Shown here: piece after piece, positions 19,240-42,925 of the stretch
Numbering within the stretch: the stretch's first letter is position 1
Layout of the letters: every line of letters begins with the position of its first letter
Source of the DNA: the human T2T-CHM13v2.0 reference genome, Homo sapiens
DNA: 64,000 nt
Assembly: GCF_009914755.1 (NCBI RefSeq)
Contig: NC_060926.1
Reading direction: 5' to 3' (one strand)
Made by a program: the position numbers and the translations under genes
Notes under the pieces: generated by a model
The model's database searches: none
Told to the model about the DNA's origin: nothing
The model's input: only the letters and a program-made list of their open reading frames with translations

Positions 19240-20140
19240 CCTTATTTATGCAAACATTCGAGCACATACTATGTGCTAGAGATACAAAGATGAGGAAGAA
19301 AGTCCTTACCCACAGCTCAAAAGTCTCATGTGGGAGAGACACATAAACACAGTTGTGATGCAGTGTGGGAAGAAAAATAATAGAAACATGAGTGTGCGCA
19401 GGAAATCATGAGGTCACAAAGGAGAAATTCTTCAAGAGGAGCAGAGGTCAAAGAAAAAATCCCAAAGGAAGGGAAATCTGAGCTTACGCTTAAAAGATGA
19501 GGCATGAACCAAGGAAAAGGTGTGAAGAAAGGGCATCCAAGGCAGATGGGACAGGCCAGAGCAGGATGTGTGTCCCAGGAACTTCATGCACTCCAATCTT
19601 GCTGAGAAAAAGTGAGGCTGAAGAGTCAGGCAGGATGCGATAACAAAGCCTTACTAAGACGCCTGGGATTTAGCCTGCAGGCAGGCAGTGGGAAGGCAAA
19701 CAAGTGTTCAAGCACAGGTCATGCCATCAATTTTGCATTTCAGATGGGCCACTCTGACAGCTATTGAGAAAATAGGTTTAAAAAGACGAAACAGAGGCAG
19801 ACAGGCCAGGTGGAAGAGTGATGTGATCATGCAGGCAGGTGACAGATGATGAGAGCTCAAGCCAGGCAGTGGGAGTGGACAGAGAGAGACAGATCCAGGA
19901 AATAGTTAAAAGACGGAATCAGTGGGACTCCAAGGGGTAGGGGAGGTAGACGGGGAGTCAAGGAGTTGGGTGGGGGCGGTGACTACTTAGAAGGTGATGC
20001 CAACTCAGAATAAAGGAGGAAGAACAAGTTTAGAAAGAAAAGAGTTTGGCTTTAAACAGATACCATTTGAGGTGCTGGGAAATAGCCAGGTATAGATATC
20101 CAGCTTTCAGTTAAACACACAAGCCATAAGTTCAGCTGAG
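19240..20140 (-). mobile_element. L2 fragment
   Basis: Degenerate L2 3' motifs ('gagcacatactatgtgctagagatacaaagatga') followed by a purine-rich body. Confidence 0.6.
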
Positions 20141-20328
20141 ATTTGCACTCGAATTACAGGAAAATCAAAGACAGTATCTTCCTCAGCATTATATTTCAAG
20201 ACAGTGGTCCCCAGCCTTGGCTGGGCATCAAATCACATGGGAAACTTTTAAAATTCAGATTCCCTGACCCCATCCCAATTTACAGAATCCTCCTATCTTC
20301 AAGATGGGGTGTTTTTATTCTATGGATA

Positions 20329-20927
20329 CAGCAGTTCCCTCTTATCTGCAAGGGATATGTTCCAAGACCCCCAGTGGATGCCTGAAACCACAGATAGTAA
20401 CAAACCCTGTATATAAGATGCTTTTTCCAATATGTATATACCTATGGTAAAGTTTAATTTCTACATTATACACAGTAAGAGATAAACAATAAATAATAAA
20501 ACAAGATAATTATAACAATATACCATAATAAAAGTTATGGGTGGATCACAAGGTCAGGAGTTCAAGACCAGCCTGGCCAAAATGGTGAAACCCCATCTCT
20601 ATTAAAAATACAAAAAAAAATTAGCCTGGTGCAGAGGCAGGTGCCTGTAATCCCAGCTACTCAATGGGCTGAGGCAGGAGAATCGCTAGAACCCGGAGGC
20701 GGGGGCAGAGATTGAAGTGAGCCGAGATCGCACCACTGCACTCCAGCCTGGGTGACAGAGTGAGACTCCATCTCAAAAACAACAACAACAACAAAAGGTA
20801 TGTGAATGTGGTCTCTCTCTCTCTCTAAAAAATATCTTATCATACTCTAGTCACCTGTTTTCAGACCAAGGCTGACAGTGGGTAACTGAAGCCAGGGAAA
20901 GTGATCACAGGTGAGGGGGGACTGCTA
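20329..20927. mobile_element. Tigger-family MITE (MER44-like) interrupted by a 5'-truncated Alu (20539-20796)
   Basis: Degenerate terminal inverted repeats 'cagcagttccctcttatc' / 'ggtgaggggggactgct'; internal 'gttccaagacccccagtggatgcctgaaacc'. Confidence 0.7.
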
Positions 20928-22140
20928 CAGTTCCAAGTACCATAAGACCAGGGAGATTTTCAAACTAAGAACGAGGATTTGAGAGTCAGATTGGATTCAA
21001 ATTCTAAGCACAATCCATTAGCTTTGTGACCTCAGGCAAGTTACTTACCCTCCAAGAAGCCTCCCTTTCACCACTGGAAGGGCGCTATAAGTAGGTAAGG
21101 CCTACTTACCATGCAGGGTGACTGTGAGAATGAAAGGGTGTAATGCACAGTCCTCAGAACACAGGAACTACTCAGGAATTAGCAGCTGGTTTTTAACAGG
21201 AAAGTCTCATCACCCTATATTAATATCTACATAGCACCGCTTTTTTTTTTTTTTTTTAATCTTCTTTCTTTACCTCTACCCACTAAACTCAGAACGTAAG
21301 CTTCCGGAGACACCTGCCAGCCTGTTTATTGCCCCATCCACAGTGGACCGCCAGGCTTCTGGTGGGTTCTCCCCAAATTCAGGAATAAATGACTAAGGTT
21401 ACAAAAAGAGAATATACTTTAAAAAGAATAATAATTAATCTCTTCCTGACATTTCAAAATCACTACCTATTCTAGTACTCACTGATTCTATTTTGAAGAG
21501 ACTAACATTTTCTTACCCTCAGGCTCCAACAGCAAAACTTCTCCAACCTAACACTTTGTAGTGACTACAAATAGTGAGTATGAAAATCATACAGTAGCAG
21601 AGAAATGCTTATGACATAATGTGAAAACATCATTTGTATAGGTGTGTGTATACGGATACACAAAACACACATACGCAGACATATATATTTACATATATAT
21701 AATCATAATTACAACTATGATTAAAAATACAGATGGAGAGAAACAAAACATACCAAAATGCTAATGGTAACTCTGGTGGTATCTGAAATATCTTATTCTG
21801 ACTTTCCCAACCCCAGAGAACCAGATTGCTAGATCAGAAAAAGCAGTTACTCAGAGAGTAATCAACACTCGTGGAGCACTTCCTTTGTGTCACTCAGTGA
21901 GCCAGCAGATGTTATACACGCAATCTCATTGGTTCCTCACTGTGGAGTAAATATTACTATTATGCACAATGTACAGATGGGGTAATCAATGTTTAAAGGT
22001 TAAGCAACTTGCCCAAGGTCACATGACTAGTAAGAATGAAAAGAAATGTCAAAACCAAGTATAACTAAGCCTATGCACTTTGCTACACTAACATGTCTAT
22101 ACACCAGCCAAGAAAGTTTTGCATGAAGCCCTGGTTCTCA

Positions 22141-22566
<426 letters not shown>

Positions 22567-23009
22567 CTAACAAGCCTGGTTTTGAGTCCCAGATCTCCAG
22601 TGATCAGGACTTCAGAAAGTAGCTTCATCTCCCAGAATCCCAGCTTTGTTTGAAAAATGAAAATTAAAAATAATACCTAACATACACGGGAATGTTCTAA
22701 GGCTCACCTGAAAAGAATAAAAGGCAGTGTACCAGCAAGGGCTTCATCGATGACTTAAGTGCTGTGGTTGAAGACGGACGGAAACCTCTGTCAATTTACA
22801 CAGACTTTCAACCACCACCCCTGCCCATGCTCCCTGTCGAATTTTGGAAAGCAGCAGCTAAGCAGAAAAAGAAATAGTGAAAAAGTATTGGGTTTCTGGA
22901 AAACAGGCAGGACAAAAGAGGGGCTTTAGCTGGTCCTCAAATATCTGTAGACAATGCGATGGGTTTAGAATACTCTGGAATCCTGGATCCTTCCTACCCA
23001 AGTGTAGTC

Positions 23010-23130
23010 TGAGAACCAGCAGTGTCGGCATCACTACTGACATTTCTACTGCTTGTTAGAAATGCAGGTTCCCAGGCCCCGGTCCAGCCCTGCCAAATCA
23101 GAATCTGCATTTTAACAAGAGCACCAGGTG
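23010..23130. mobile_element. MER5-like hAT fragment
   Basis: 'gcttgttagaaatgcagg...aatcagaatctgcattttaacaag...caggtga' is typical of MER5A. Confidence 0.65.
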
Positions 23131-23849
23131 ACAATATGGAAGTGATAAACATTATACATTGTATCTTGAAAGCTGGTCTACCCTTATGATTAGATAGCTT
23201 GAACTATATATGTCAGAAGTTATAGAAATGAGTCAATAGTCAATAATAAAAATAACAATGAAGCCTAAAAATGCTCTAGCTCCAAGCCTCAATTAATGTG
23301 TGTATACCAAATTTTAAAATGACAAACTTTGATATCAAGTCAGAACTGTATACTGTTCATACAATTTTAAAAATAAGAAGTCAGTACAAACTATAGTGGG
23401 GGCTAGCCCTCCCTACAAGAGAAAAACCAGCAAAGTTTCCTCAGCAATGAAGAAAAGACTATCTGCTCTATCTCCCTCACAGGGTTAAATCAGATAGTGT
23501 ATGGGAAAGAAAGCCCCTGAATGTGAAAAAAACTCTATACATGGGTAAGATTATTCTCCTTGAATCAACTCACTTTAAGATCGTATTATTGGCATCACAG
23601 AATTGAAGGGGGCAGAGCAATCTCCCATGGGAAGTATAAATAACAGAGTGTGTGTGTGTGTGAGAGAGAGAGACAGAAATTAGAGAGAGAGAAATTAGCC
23701 CGTTAGCCTCACTGGAGTTAAGAACCCCAGCAGTTGGCCCACAACTCATAAGTATAAGCAAAAGATAATAACCCAGTAAGGGGAAAACCCACGAAGGGTT
23801 TTGCGCTAAGAAAACAGCAAATGCACCTCTCAATGAGTTCTGCTCACTA

Positions 23850-24011
<162 letters not shown>

Positions 24012-24100
24012 TTAAGGTCAACATGTGCTTGAGTAGCTGCAGGGTTTCAGGTCAGCTACACCCACCCCTCTCCCACTTCGAGGTTCAATTCCCAGCTTAA

Positions 24101-24527
<427 letters not shown>

Positions 24528-24978
24528 GGAAAGCTTAACTTTTTACTGTGTCACAGCACTTTTATGCTTGAAGTTTACACAACTATTCTGCAAGAACTGA
24601 CATGAACAATTTCTATGATTTTGTTTAAGGGAATGCCCAGTTCCTAAACCAAACTCAGGTCAGCAAAGCCACAACTTCACCCATAGGGAAAAAGCAACAC
24701 ATTGCCCAAGGGTCTCTGAACTGCGTCACTGATGGTCATCGCCCCACAGGGGCCCTCACCATACGTTTTGGGCATCAGAAGGTAAGTTTTGGCCAAAGTT
24801 TTGGATACTTGATGTGTGGTTTCAACATTTGTTTATGACCCTACAGAAAGAAGTGTATAAAGCTAACATAACTTGTTACTATAATTTATTTCTCACAGCC
24901 GCATACTGTGAGTATAATTGGCAATTCCTCTTCTTGGTGAGCATTTACGAGTCTTCCCATTCCTCGTTATTATTTATC

Positions 24979-25270
<292 letters not shown>

Positions 25271-25636
25271 TATATCTTTATTATTACCAGAGTAACTTCC
25301 ATGTAGTTACCTGGACTGGATTCCTAGAAGTGGTATTACTACATTAGAATATATTGAGATTTTTATTCCTACGTGTTTAACATCCCTAACAATGTTAAAA
25401 CTGTCAAACTGTATTTATGCCAATCATGCATTCAACATTAATTGAGTTCCCACTGAGTCCTAGGTGTGGGGCTAGATGCTGAGGGCTCAAGTCAGAACAG
25501 GGCAGGGAGAGGAAGAAGTTAAAAAGCAGTTACAATTTTTTAACAATTACAACTATGGAAAACTTAAAGAAAACACATAATCTCCATTTTGGGCTCTGCC
25601 ACTTTACAATACTCTGTGAAATAAAGAGACTAACTC

Positions 25637-25933
<297 letters not shown>

Positions 25934-26039
25934 CTAACTCGTGTCCAAAGCAGTTGGGGGCTTTCCTTCCTATCCTCTCCGACAAGTCATTAACTTTCCT
26001 CAGCTTTCATTTACACCTTTAAAATGTAATCTATGTGGA

Positions 26040-26517
<478 letters not shown>

Positions 26518-26759
26518 TTATCTGTTCTTAACTAACTCCAAATGCTTTTAAGGTCGTTTACAAGTTCAAAAGAAAAAAAGAAACAGGTGGAGGAAGCCTT
26601 TGTCCAATTTCTTTTGCATGGCTCTTCCGAATCTGAGTGAGATTTGGCTCGGAATTTGTGTCAACGGATGTGTTTGGGGAAGAAGAAAAAAAAAGCCCAG
26701 AACATTCCAACTTCCGCAGAATACCCTATACACTGCACTGCTACCACTCCGTGAATTCA

Positions 26760-29279
<2,520 letters not shown>

Positions 29280-30180
29280 AGCGCTGATATTTTTAAGAGC
29301 TCCCGGGGCCGCCCCCGGGAGCCTGCTTCCCGCGGTGGGAGCCTGGCGGGGGCCTGAACCTCTCTCTCCTGGCCTCTTCCGTCCTGTAGGCGGCGTCCCC
29401 GGCCTCCAGATTAATCTTCCATCGGAAGGTGGGGCCTGTGGCTTCGAGGGTAACCTCAGGGAACTTGGAAGACCACCAGTGAGGGACTTTTACCTCCTTT
29501 TTCGTTTTCTTTTTTGGTCCTCTCGCTTTCTCTCTTAGTATTTCCTTTCTCTCTTACCTCCTGCACTTGGTGTTTCTGCCTCTCAGCTTTCCCTTTATCG
29601 AAGACCTCCCTTTCTTGCCTTTATTTTCTCTCTGTCCCTTTTTGCAGGGAGAACCAGCAATGGGCACAAGAAAGAACATGTATGGGCTTTGGGGCCAGAC
29701 AAATATGGAAAATTTAAATTATTCCTCTGACTCTTTAAATGGGATGACTTTGGGAAATTACTAAACCTCGCTAGATCCCAGGCTGCTCATCCCTGAAGCC
29801 TGGCATGGAGCCTTGGGCCCCTTCTGTTTTTTCTCCCTATTCTCCATCCTTTCTGCTGAAATCAAGCATATGACCTCAAAAAACAAAGCAAAACCTTCCC
29901 CACCTCTCCAGCACTCTAACATGGAACATGTGCCTCATTATATTATGAGTTTTCTAGGAAGGTGTCATTTACTTTTTCTCAACCGTCTTGTCCTCCCAAT
30001 GTTCTAAGCTGTATCAGATGGCTCAGGAAGCACCAAAAGGAATATTGAGGAACATATGCAACTCGTATAGCAGTGTAGCCATTAAGCAGAGCTCTGTTTT
30101 TATCAAAATAAGCCAGTGGTCCACTGAATATTTGAAAATACATTTTTAATCCTAAAAACAAGTTGGTGTGTGGCAGACTA

Positions 30181-30805
<625 letters not shown>

Positions 30806-30820
30806 GAAATTCTGACAGTC

Positions 30821-31142
30821 TTTTTTTTTTTTTTTTTTTTTGACACAGAGTCTTCTCACTCTGTCACCCAGGCTGGAGTGCAGTGGTGCAATCATGGCTC
30901 ACTGCAGCCTGGACCTCTTGGGTTCAGGCATCCTCCCACCTCAGCCTCCTAAGTAGCTGGGACTACAGGTGTGTGCCACCACACCCAGCTAATTTTATTT
31001 TTTGTATAGAGAGAGTCTTGACATAGAGTCTTGACATGATGCCCAGGCTGGACTTGAACTCCTAGCCTCAAGTGATCCCCCCACCTCCTTCTTCAGCCTC
31101 CCAAAGTGCTGGGATTACAGGCGGGAGCCACTGAGCCTGGCC
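30821..31142 (-). mobile_element. AluJ
   Basis: TSD CTGACAGTCTT; internal 13-bp duplication AGAGTCTTGACAT. Confidence 0.92.
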
Positions 31143-31256
31143 TCTCCTGACAGTCTTGTTAGGAATATGCAAAAAGATAGATTTACTTCCCGCATTGTTT
31201 GTAATTCCGAAGTGCAGTTTAATCGTAGTGTTAACAGTGTATAAAATAGTGCTTTA

Positions 31257-31598
<342 letters not shown>

Positions 31599-33008
31599 CT
31601 ATGATGCCTGACTGCAAAATAATGGTAGAAGGACACTTAGGCCTTTGTCCCTCCTGTCTCCTGGAACTAGTCCATGTCCAAGGTCATAGTAGAAGCAGTC
31701 ACCTTGCTACTACCTTGGCACAGCTTGATCCCTATGTTCCCCCAGGCATGTTCCCTTTTTAGGCCAGGGTGGATACCCAACCCCACGCTGGGTACATAAT
31801 TCTCTCTGCAGAAAGAATGCAGAGTGACTATCAGACATCTGTTGTTACTGCCTGCCCAACATCTATTTCTCATTTTCCTGGTAGCAGCAGTTCTCTTCTG
31901 CTGATGGTCAGGAGCCCAGCTTCTGGAGTGCAAGTTCTGCACCAACTCAGCTCTGCAATTTATTAGCTGTGAGGGCTTGGGTGAAATGCATTAACCTGTG
32001 TCTCAATGTCCTCATCTATAAAATAGGGATAATGTGATTATTGTATGAGTAAACAACAAAGATAACCTGAGATTAAAATGAGTTAACTTATCTACTTAGA
32101 ATTGCGCCCAACAAACACATTTTATAGAGCATTTGCTTATACTGTTATGTGTTTGGACTGGTCTATCCTCAGCCCTTACTACATGATCAGGCACATGCCC
32201 CAGGCCTGGCCAATATGAACACAGTCCTTCCACCTGGCCACAGGTAGGTGAGATGTGAACATGTAACCAAAGCTGGGCCTAACCAGAACCCATTCTGAGA
32301 CTTGAGACTCTCAGAGAACCAGCCTGTTGGGGAAGGATAGAAATTTAGAGGTCCTATTGGCCATCTGGTCCCAAGAGAACAAAACTAGCAGCAAATGTGG
32401 CCAGTGAAGGCGCTGGTGGAGAGAGAGGCTGCCTCCTGTTGATGTTTGACCACCTGGATCCAGCTGTCCTGGAATTTTCAGTTATTTGAGCCATTAAATT
32501 CCCTAATTAGCTTAAGCTGTCATTTGAGCAGCTTTTTTTTTTTTTTTCCATATCCTGAAGAAGAAAAACAATCCTAATACATTCAGTCTGGGCCGGTCCC
32601 TTGAGCAAAGGAGAGATATAAAGCCATGCCTGTATGGGGCCATCTTCACTGTGCGGTATAGATGGAGAAACCATTCTACAGAGAGCAGTCACCAGCAGAA
32701 ACTTGGGGCTGAGCTGCCAGCTGCCGTTTTCCTGATGCCTCTCTTGTCCTGAGCCCTTCCTGGCTGCACCTGGGTTCTCAGGTCCCATGGGAACCCAGGG
32801 TAACCAGACAAGACATTTTCCTTTCTTGATTAAGCTCGCTGGAGTGCCTGTGACATACATACAGCCAGAGTCCCAGTGAAAAGGATGTTTTTTGTTTTTA
32901 GGAAGTGATGTAGACAGAATATAAACATTCTGTAAGTTCCTCAGACCTATTCAATGTTATAATATAGGTAGTATTAAAAGTGTTCTTCAAAAAATTTAAA
33001 GAAATTGA

Positions 33009-33623
<615 letters not shown>

Positions 33624-33649
33624 GAAATTGAGACAGAATTTTTAAAGAT

Positions 33650-33771
33650 TTTTTTTTCTTTTTAGAGATGGTGTCTCACTGTGTTGCCCAGGCTGGTCTT
33701 GAATTCCTACACTCAAGTGATCCACCCACCTCAGCCTCCCAAAGCACAAGCACGAGCCACCGTGCCTAGCC
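33650..33771 (-). mobile_element. Alu monomer
   Basis: Antisense left monomer; TSD AAAGATTTTT. Confidence 0.8.
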
Positions 33772-33867
33772 TAAAAGATTTTTTTTTTTTAACTGAGATC
33801 CTTAATTGCTGTACACTAGAGATTAAACTGATAGCAGAAAACACATTTCCTTGCACTGTCTAACCCA

Positions 33868-34242
33868 GCAGCAGTTCTCACATTTTTTGGTCTCAGGATC
33901 TATTACACTCCTTAAAATTATTAAGGACTCCCAAGAACCATTCATATTTATTGTGTTAGAAATGTTAAGTTTTAAGAAGTTAAAACTTAAAATAATAAAC
34001 TATTTGTTATTTTATGTAAAGGTAGCAGCCATACCTCCATTATGGATTAACATCACAGCAGTGACATCCTCACATATCAGGGAACCCCTGGAAAACTTCA
34101 CAGTATACTCATGGGAGAATGAGAACGAAAAGGGCAAATAACATCTTAGTATTATTACGAAAATAGTTGCAATCTCATAGATGCTGTAGAGAGGTGTTAG
34201 AGTTTCCCAGAAACTGCAGACCATATTTTGAGAACCACTAGT
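33868..34242. mobile_element. hAT-Charlie DNA transposon remnant
   Basis: Terminal inverted repeats 'cagcagttctcaca' / 'tttgagaaccact'; start matches recalled Charlie1 5' end. Confidence 0.65.
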
Positions 34243-34399
34243 CTACACTGCTTCTTAGCCTTCTTGGCAAAACTATCTTTTGTCTGAGTTACTGTTGTTC
34301 AAGGACTAAATAATAAGAATACTTATAACACTGACTTCCTATCACTGACTGTAAATATACAACTGATACATTATCAGTTTTCTTGTTATCTTTAACGTG

Positions 34400-34808
34400 A
34401 AAGCAGTATAGAGAGAGTGTGTTCAAAGTGGGCTTTGGAGGCTGGTGTCCTGGATTCTAACCTCAGTGCTTAGCTGGGTGACCGTGGGTGAGTCACCTAG
34501 CCTTTCTGAGCCTCAATGTCCTATCTGTAAAATGATCATTATATTACTATTTATCTTTGCTGTGAAAATTAAGTGAATTCATCTGTTCTTCAAAAGTGGA
34601 GAAAGAAAATAAAGTAAAATTTTTATTAGAAAAAAAAAACAAAAACTGGCTGGACGCGGTGGCTCACGCCTTTAATCCCAGCAATTTGGAAGGTCAAGGT
34701 AGCCGGATCACTTGAGCCTAGGAATTCGAGGCTGCAGTGAGCTATGATCGCACCACTGCACTCTAGCCTGGGTGACAGAGTGAGGCCCTATCTCAAAAAA
34801 AAAAAAAA
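34400..34808 (+). mobile_element. MIR (34400-34580) and Alu monomer (34648-34808)
   Basis: MIR core 'gctgggtgaccgtgggtgagtcacctagcctttctgagcctca'; single-arm Alu with A tail. Confidence 0.75.
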
Positions 34809-35924
34809 TCAATGTAGAAGAAAACTAGTTTTTCACCCCTCCTTCGAAATAACTTGAGGCCATTTGCTCATATGCCTGGGTCCTGGCCAGTATGATGTGG
34901 GCCGTAATGTCCCTGCCTAAAAGCCCTTTCTTCCCCATCTGCACACCCTCAGAGGTGGGCAAACTGGAGAAGCTGGATCCCTGAGTCATTGCTTAGAGGA
35001 GAGTTGCTCAACTCACAGTGGATTGTGACATGAGCAAGAAATCAATCTTTGTCATGTTAACCACTGACATTTGGAATTTATTCACTATTGTAGCATATAG
35101 CCTATCTCCATTAATACACAAGGGCAGGCCATTTGAGCTGGGGAAAGGAGAGGGCTCTGAAGAGGTGACATTTAAATGGAAATTTAAAAGAGTAGAAGAA
35201 AACAGCCACTTGAAGAGCCAAGGGAATGGCATTTCAAGCAAGGGAACAGAAACTGCAAAAGCCCCCAGGCAGAAGAAACTGTCAACTGACCAGCCAGGAG
35301 CAAGGGGTAAGTGGCACAAGATAACTCTTAAGATTAAGTCAAACAGAAGAATGAAAGCTTTGAACTACCCAAACTCCACTAACAACTTACACCCTGCAGG
35401 AGAGGTATTTTTGCATCATCACTACACAACTCTCTGTGTGAGTCACAGACCCTGGGTGCCCTCAAGGGTGAGGCTGGCTGCCCTGAAGACACTACCATAC
35501 AGCTAAGGAGTTGGCTTAAGGATATTCAAAAAGCCTTAAGGAATAAAGCTCCAGCTGGTGCTAAAGAAAGACAACCATAGACAGAGTCTTGGTATAACTG
35601 TGTTCACCACTGTCTTTTTTAAGTTCTTGTCTAGCTTCTCAGTATTTCCGTAAGACCTGACTGCAGAGAGAAAAAACAAGACAACTGCTCAGCGCTACCT
35701 TGAGGGAATATGCAGCATAAATAGCTACATTTGGATTTTTCATTTTGCTGATGAAATCGCATTTTTGATCACAGCTCCTGGACAACTGCAGCCATGCCTG
35801 ATGCTCTTGTTCTACAACAAAATAGAAGCAGCAGCTAGGGGAGAAGTTTCCAGACTTGTGTTCTGTTGGGTTTTAGAGTCACATCTGTGGCTTTCAGCTG
35901 GAAACGGCTGGACAACTATTTGTT

Positions 35925-35957
35925 GAATGAATGAATGAATGAATGAATGAATGAATG
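35925..35957 (+). repeat. (GAAT)n microsatellite, likely an L2 tail
   Basis: Preceded by 'tatttgtt', as in the L2 3' end. Confidence 0.85.
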
Positions 35958-36602
35958 TTACAATACATCACATCAAATTATTGCCCACCTCACTCCAAAA
36001 GTGTTTAAATGCGAATTCAACTTATTAGATACCTTTGAGTTAATGATGCTGAAGAATTTGTAGTTACTTTCATTATTTGTGTTTCATTAACCTAGGGTTC
36101 AATAATATTCCCAGGTATAGTACATGTTTGGGTAAGAAGCTATTGACTGTCTTATCTTTTGATGATTCCAAGAAAAGGTATGAAGCCATTTGCCTTTTCA
36201 TAATTTATAGGTTAATTTGTGTGTAATTAGAAAAGCAGGTACATTTTAAGTAAGTCAAACCAAAAGACAACATCAAGAAGAGAATAGTAAATAGTCAAGT
36301 GAAAGTGCTAGCTTGTAATTCCAAGAGCTCATGTATTTGAGCAGTGCCTCTTCCCAGGTGACACAGGGCATTTTGAGTTCAGGTTTTCCTGGTGGTATGT
36401 ACAGGAGTGGGAGCGGAGTTACATGCTAATGTGACCAGAGAGGATGCAGTGCTGAGGATCCAGGGCAGGATGGAGGCAGTGTCCCCGACTGGCAGCCTCC
36501 AAAAAGCCTTGACCTACAGATGTGTTTTGTGTGTCCCATGCAGACTTGGCTCTCATGGTGTTTTGTTTTTTAGTTTAGTGTCAATATTTGAAAGTAAGGA
36601 GA

Positions 36603-37252
<650 letters not shown>

Positions 37253-38538
37253 GATGTCAGATAAAAATCAAGATAGTAAAATTAAGATAATTATTTGAAA
37301 TGGCTTTCTTTGAAAATTTTGAAATATCTGGCAAACATGGGTCCAAATGCCCACAAGATGGCAATGAGCTAGAGCCAAGCTGGCTCTTCCTTTGGACATT
37401 ATGGTCTCCCCTCAGTGTGCCGCGGTCCCCTCCCCTGCTTGTTGTCTTGTCCCCACAAGCTTCATTCATTTACTTACGATACTGTCAGGGTCTGTGACGG
37501 AGCACCAGTAAACAGCCTCTCACTTTATTTTCTCTGGGTTCTAAACAAGCTGAGAAATAAAACAACGACTAAAGCTGAAGGCAAAAACATCCCCTCTATT
37601 TACTGAGACAGAAGAAGTTGGAGGGCGAGGCTTATATCTGCAGGCAGATGGACCTACGAAGAACGAAGAACGCTAAGGTGACTCATCCAGCACTGGATGG
37701 GGCAGGCCTCGCATGTAATTCCTATAGCATGAAGGAGCAGAGGAGAGTGCAGGTTCTGCCCACAGGCCTGCTCCTAGAGGCAGAAAGATCTGGACTGAGC
37801 CGCACATAGGGAATTTATTGCCAATGCATGCTCCAGGGCAGAGAGGCCTGGAGTGGCATTCACAGAGCTCCCGTTGAGGAGAAGTAGCACTCCTCAACTC
37901 ACCGGGGCCTCACAGGTCTGGAGTTGATGAAGGCTACGGAAGATTTCTTTAACATCCCAAGCAAAGAATACCTGATGTCCTCTCCATGGTCATGCTGATT
38001 TTTTTTTTTCAAGGGGTTTTTAGCTCAAGTAAATATGGTAACATTCAGCTACCATGGAAACACAAAAGTTTCTAGGAAGAAAAAAGCAGAACTCACCATC
38101 TACTGGGGCAAATCAACTAGAATAAAAAGCAAAGGCAAGAGAATAAAAAAAAAACGAATCAAAAGGGAGTCCAAGATGTGCTGTTAAGATAGATGCTAAA
38201 TTGAGGAAAACAAGAAAGGGCCCAGGCACAGACAGGTGGCCAAGTGGGGTCCAGGGGCCAGTGAGTGAGGTATAACCACCATATTCACTGAGCACTAGCT
38301 GGTGCCATGCACATTTGTGACGATGCAAAGTAGGTCATGTGAACCCCACTTTAGAGATGAGGAAATTGAAGCAGAGAGTGATTCCAAAAGGCCAGTGGAG
38401 AGATTCCACAGGCAGCGCCACTGACTCCGAAAGGAACCTTTCCCCTCTCCTTGCCTGCTGTTTCAGCCAAATGAATGGGGCTTCATAGACAGCAGGAGCA
38501 GCCTGAGGCCTCTGGGATGGCTGGAATTGGCTCCTTTA

Positions 38539-38909
<371 letters not shown>

Positions 38910-39607
38910 TCACCCTACCCAGAGAGTCCAAGCATTGGCGCATCTTCCTGCTAACAAGCACTCATTTTCGTCTTCCTGTTCATCCTCTTCCCTGTGGTGC
39001 TGTGACCTGACCAACCCCTCCTCTGGCTGTCCAGTCCCCACTCCACACCACAGAGCAACACCTAGCCAAAGAAGGTAGGTAAGAAAAGCTAAACACCCAG
39101 GGATATGAAACCAGCCTTCACAGACACTGTTTTTGACCCTCTCCAGTCATCAGCAACAAGGTTTCCAGAAAAGCTGGGGAGCTGTGTGGCAGGAGAACCT
39201 TCTTCCAGGGACTTCCTTGACTCCTGATTCAGTAGTCACGATGCCACCAGCAGACAAACCTAACACATACCTGTATAGAGTCACGTTCACTCAGCAGTTC
39301 TCTAAGAGAACAACTGTGTAAATTTCCTTAATAGGAAATGTTTTTAGAAGGAACATATGGAGAGTCAAAAAGTGGCTAAATATAAATCTATATTTACAGA
39401 ACTGAATCAGGAGCAAAGAAAATTTGAACAGAAAGAGCTGGATGGATAAGCTTTCTCTCAAGACAGGTTTTTCTGTGTGTATGTTCAGTGTATGTGAATT
39501 TTTACCTACAGTTAAAAAAAGAAAAGAAAAAATCATGATACCAAAAATGGTTTTGATGCCAGTCACATTACAGAAGTACCCAAGGCTCTATCCCTCTATC
39601 CACTAAC

Positions 39608-40741
<1,134 letters not shown>

Positions 40742-40876
40742 TTAGCAGGAATTAAGGAAATTCCCATGGCTTAAAAAAGAAAAAAAAAGTGAGAAAGGAA
40801 TGAACATTTATTGAGCAACTACCACATGCAAGATGGTTGGTGGGCATTCTCTCCATTGAGTTTCATAATATAACTT

Positions 40877-42221
<1,345 letters not shown>

Positions 42222-42925
42222 ATAAGGGTGGATTTCTAATGAATAGCTAAGCACTATCCCTTTGGTGCTGTCCTTTCAATAGTGAGTTATTGCAAGAACT
42301 GGTTGTTTTAAAGTGTGGCAACTGCCTGCCCCCCTCTCTTGTTCCTGCTTTTGCAATGTGAAATGCCTGTTCCCACTTCACCTTCTGCTATGAATAAAAG
42401 CTCCCTGAGGCCTCTTCAGAAGCCAAGCAATGTCTGTGCCATGCTTATACAGCCTGCAGAACCATGAGCCAGTTAAACCTGTTTTCTCTGTAAATTACCC
42501 AGTCTCAGGTATTTCTTGTTAGCAATGCAAGAATGGTCTAATACATATAGAGACCTTACATGTTTACACAGTATATTAGTCCAGTCTCACACTGCTATAA
42601 ACTGCCCAAGACTGGGTAATTTATAAAAGAAAGAGGTTTAATTGACTCACAGTTCCACAGGGCTGGAGAGACATTAGGAAACTTACAATCATAGCACAAG
42701 GGGAAGCAAACATGTCCTTCTTCACATGGCAGCAGGAAGGAGAAGTGCCAAGCAAAAGCAGGAAAAGCCCCTTATAAAACCATCAGATCTCGTGAGAACT
42801 CACTCACTATCATGAAAACAGTATGGAGGTAATCACCCCCATGATTTAATTACCCCCCACTGTGGGATTATGGGAACTACAAGTCAAGATGAGATTTGGT
42901 TGGGGACACAGCCAAACCATATCAC
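42222..42925. mobile_element. Two MaLR LTRs tail-to-tail: MST-type (+, 42222-42546) and THE1/MST-type (-, 42571-42925)
   Basis: Termini '...gaatggtctaataca' and 'tattagtcc...cagccaaaccatatca'. Confidence 0.8.

Noticed and set aside
26698-26722. Possible heat-shock element (GAAcaTTC) near an Hsp70-modifying gene
   Set aside because: Only two correctly spaced nGAAn units; three are normally required.
35018-35506. 162-aa ORF
   Set aside because: Non-ATG start, overlaps apparent MaLR/L2 remnants, no homology I recognise and no splice context.
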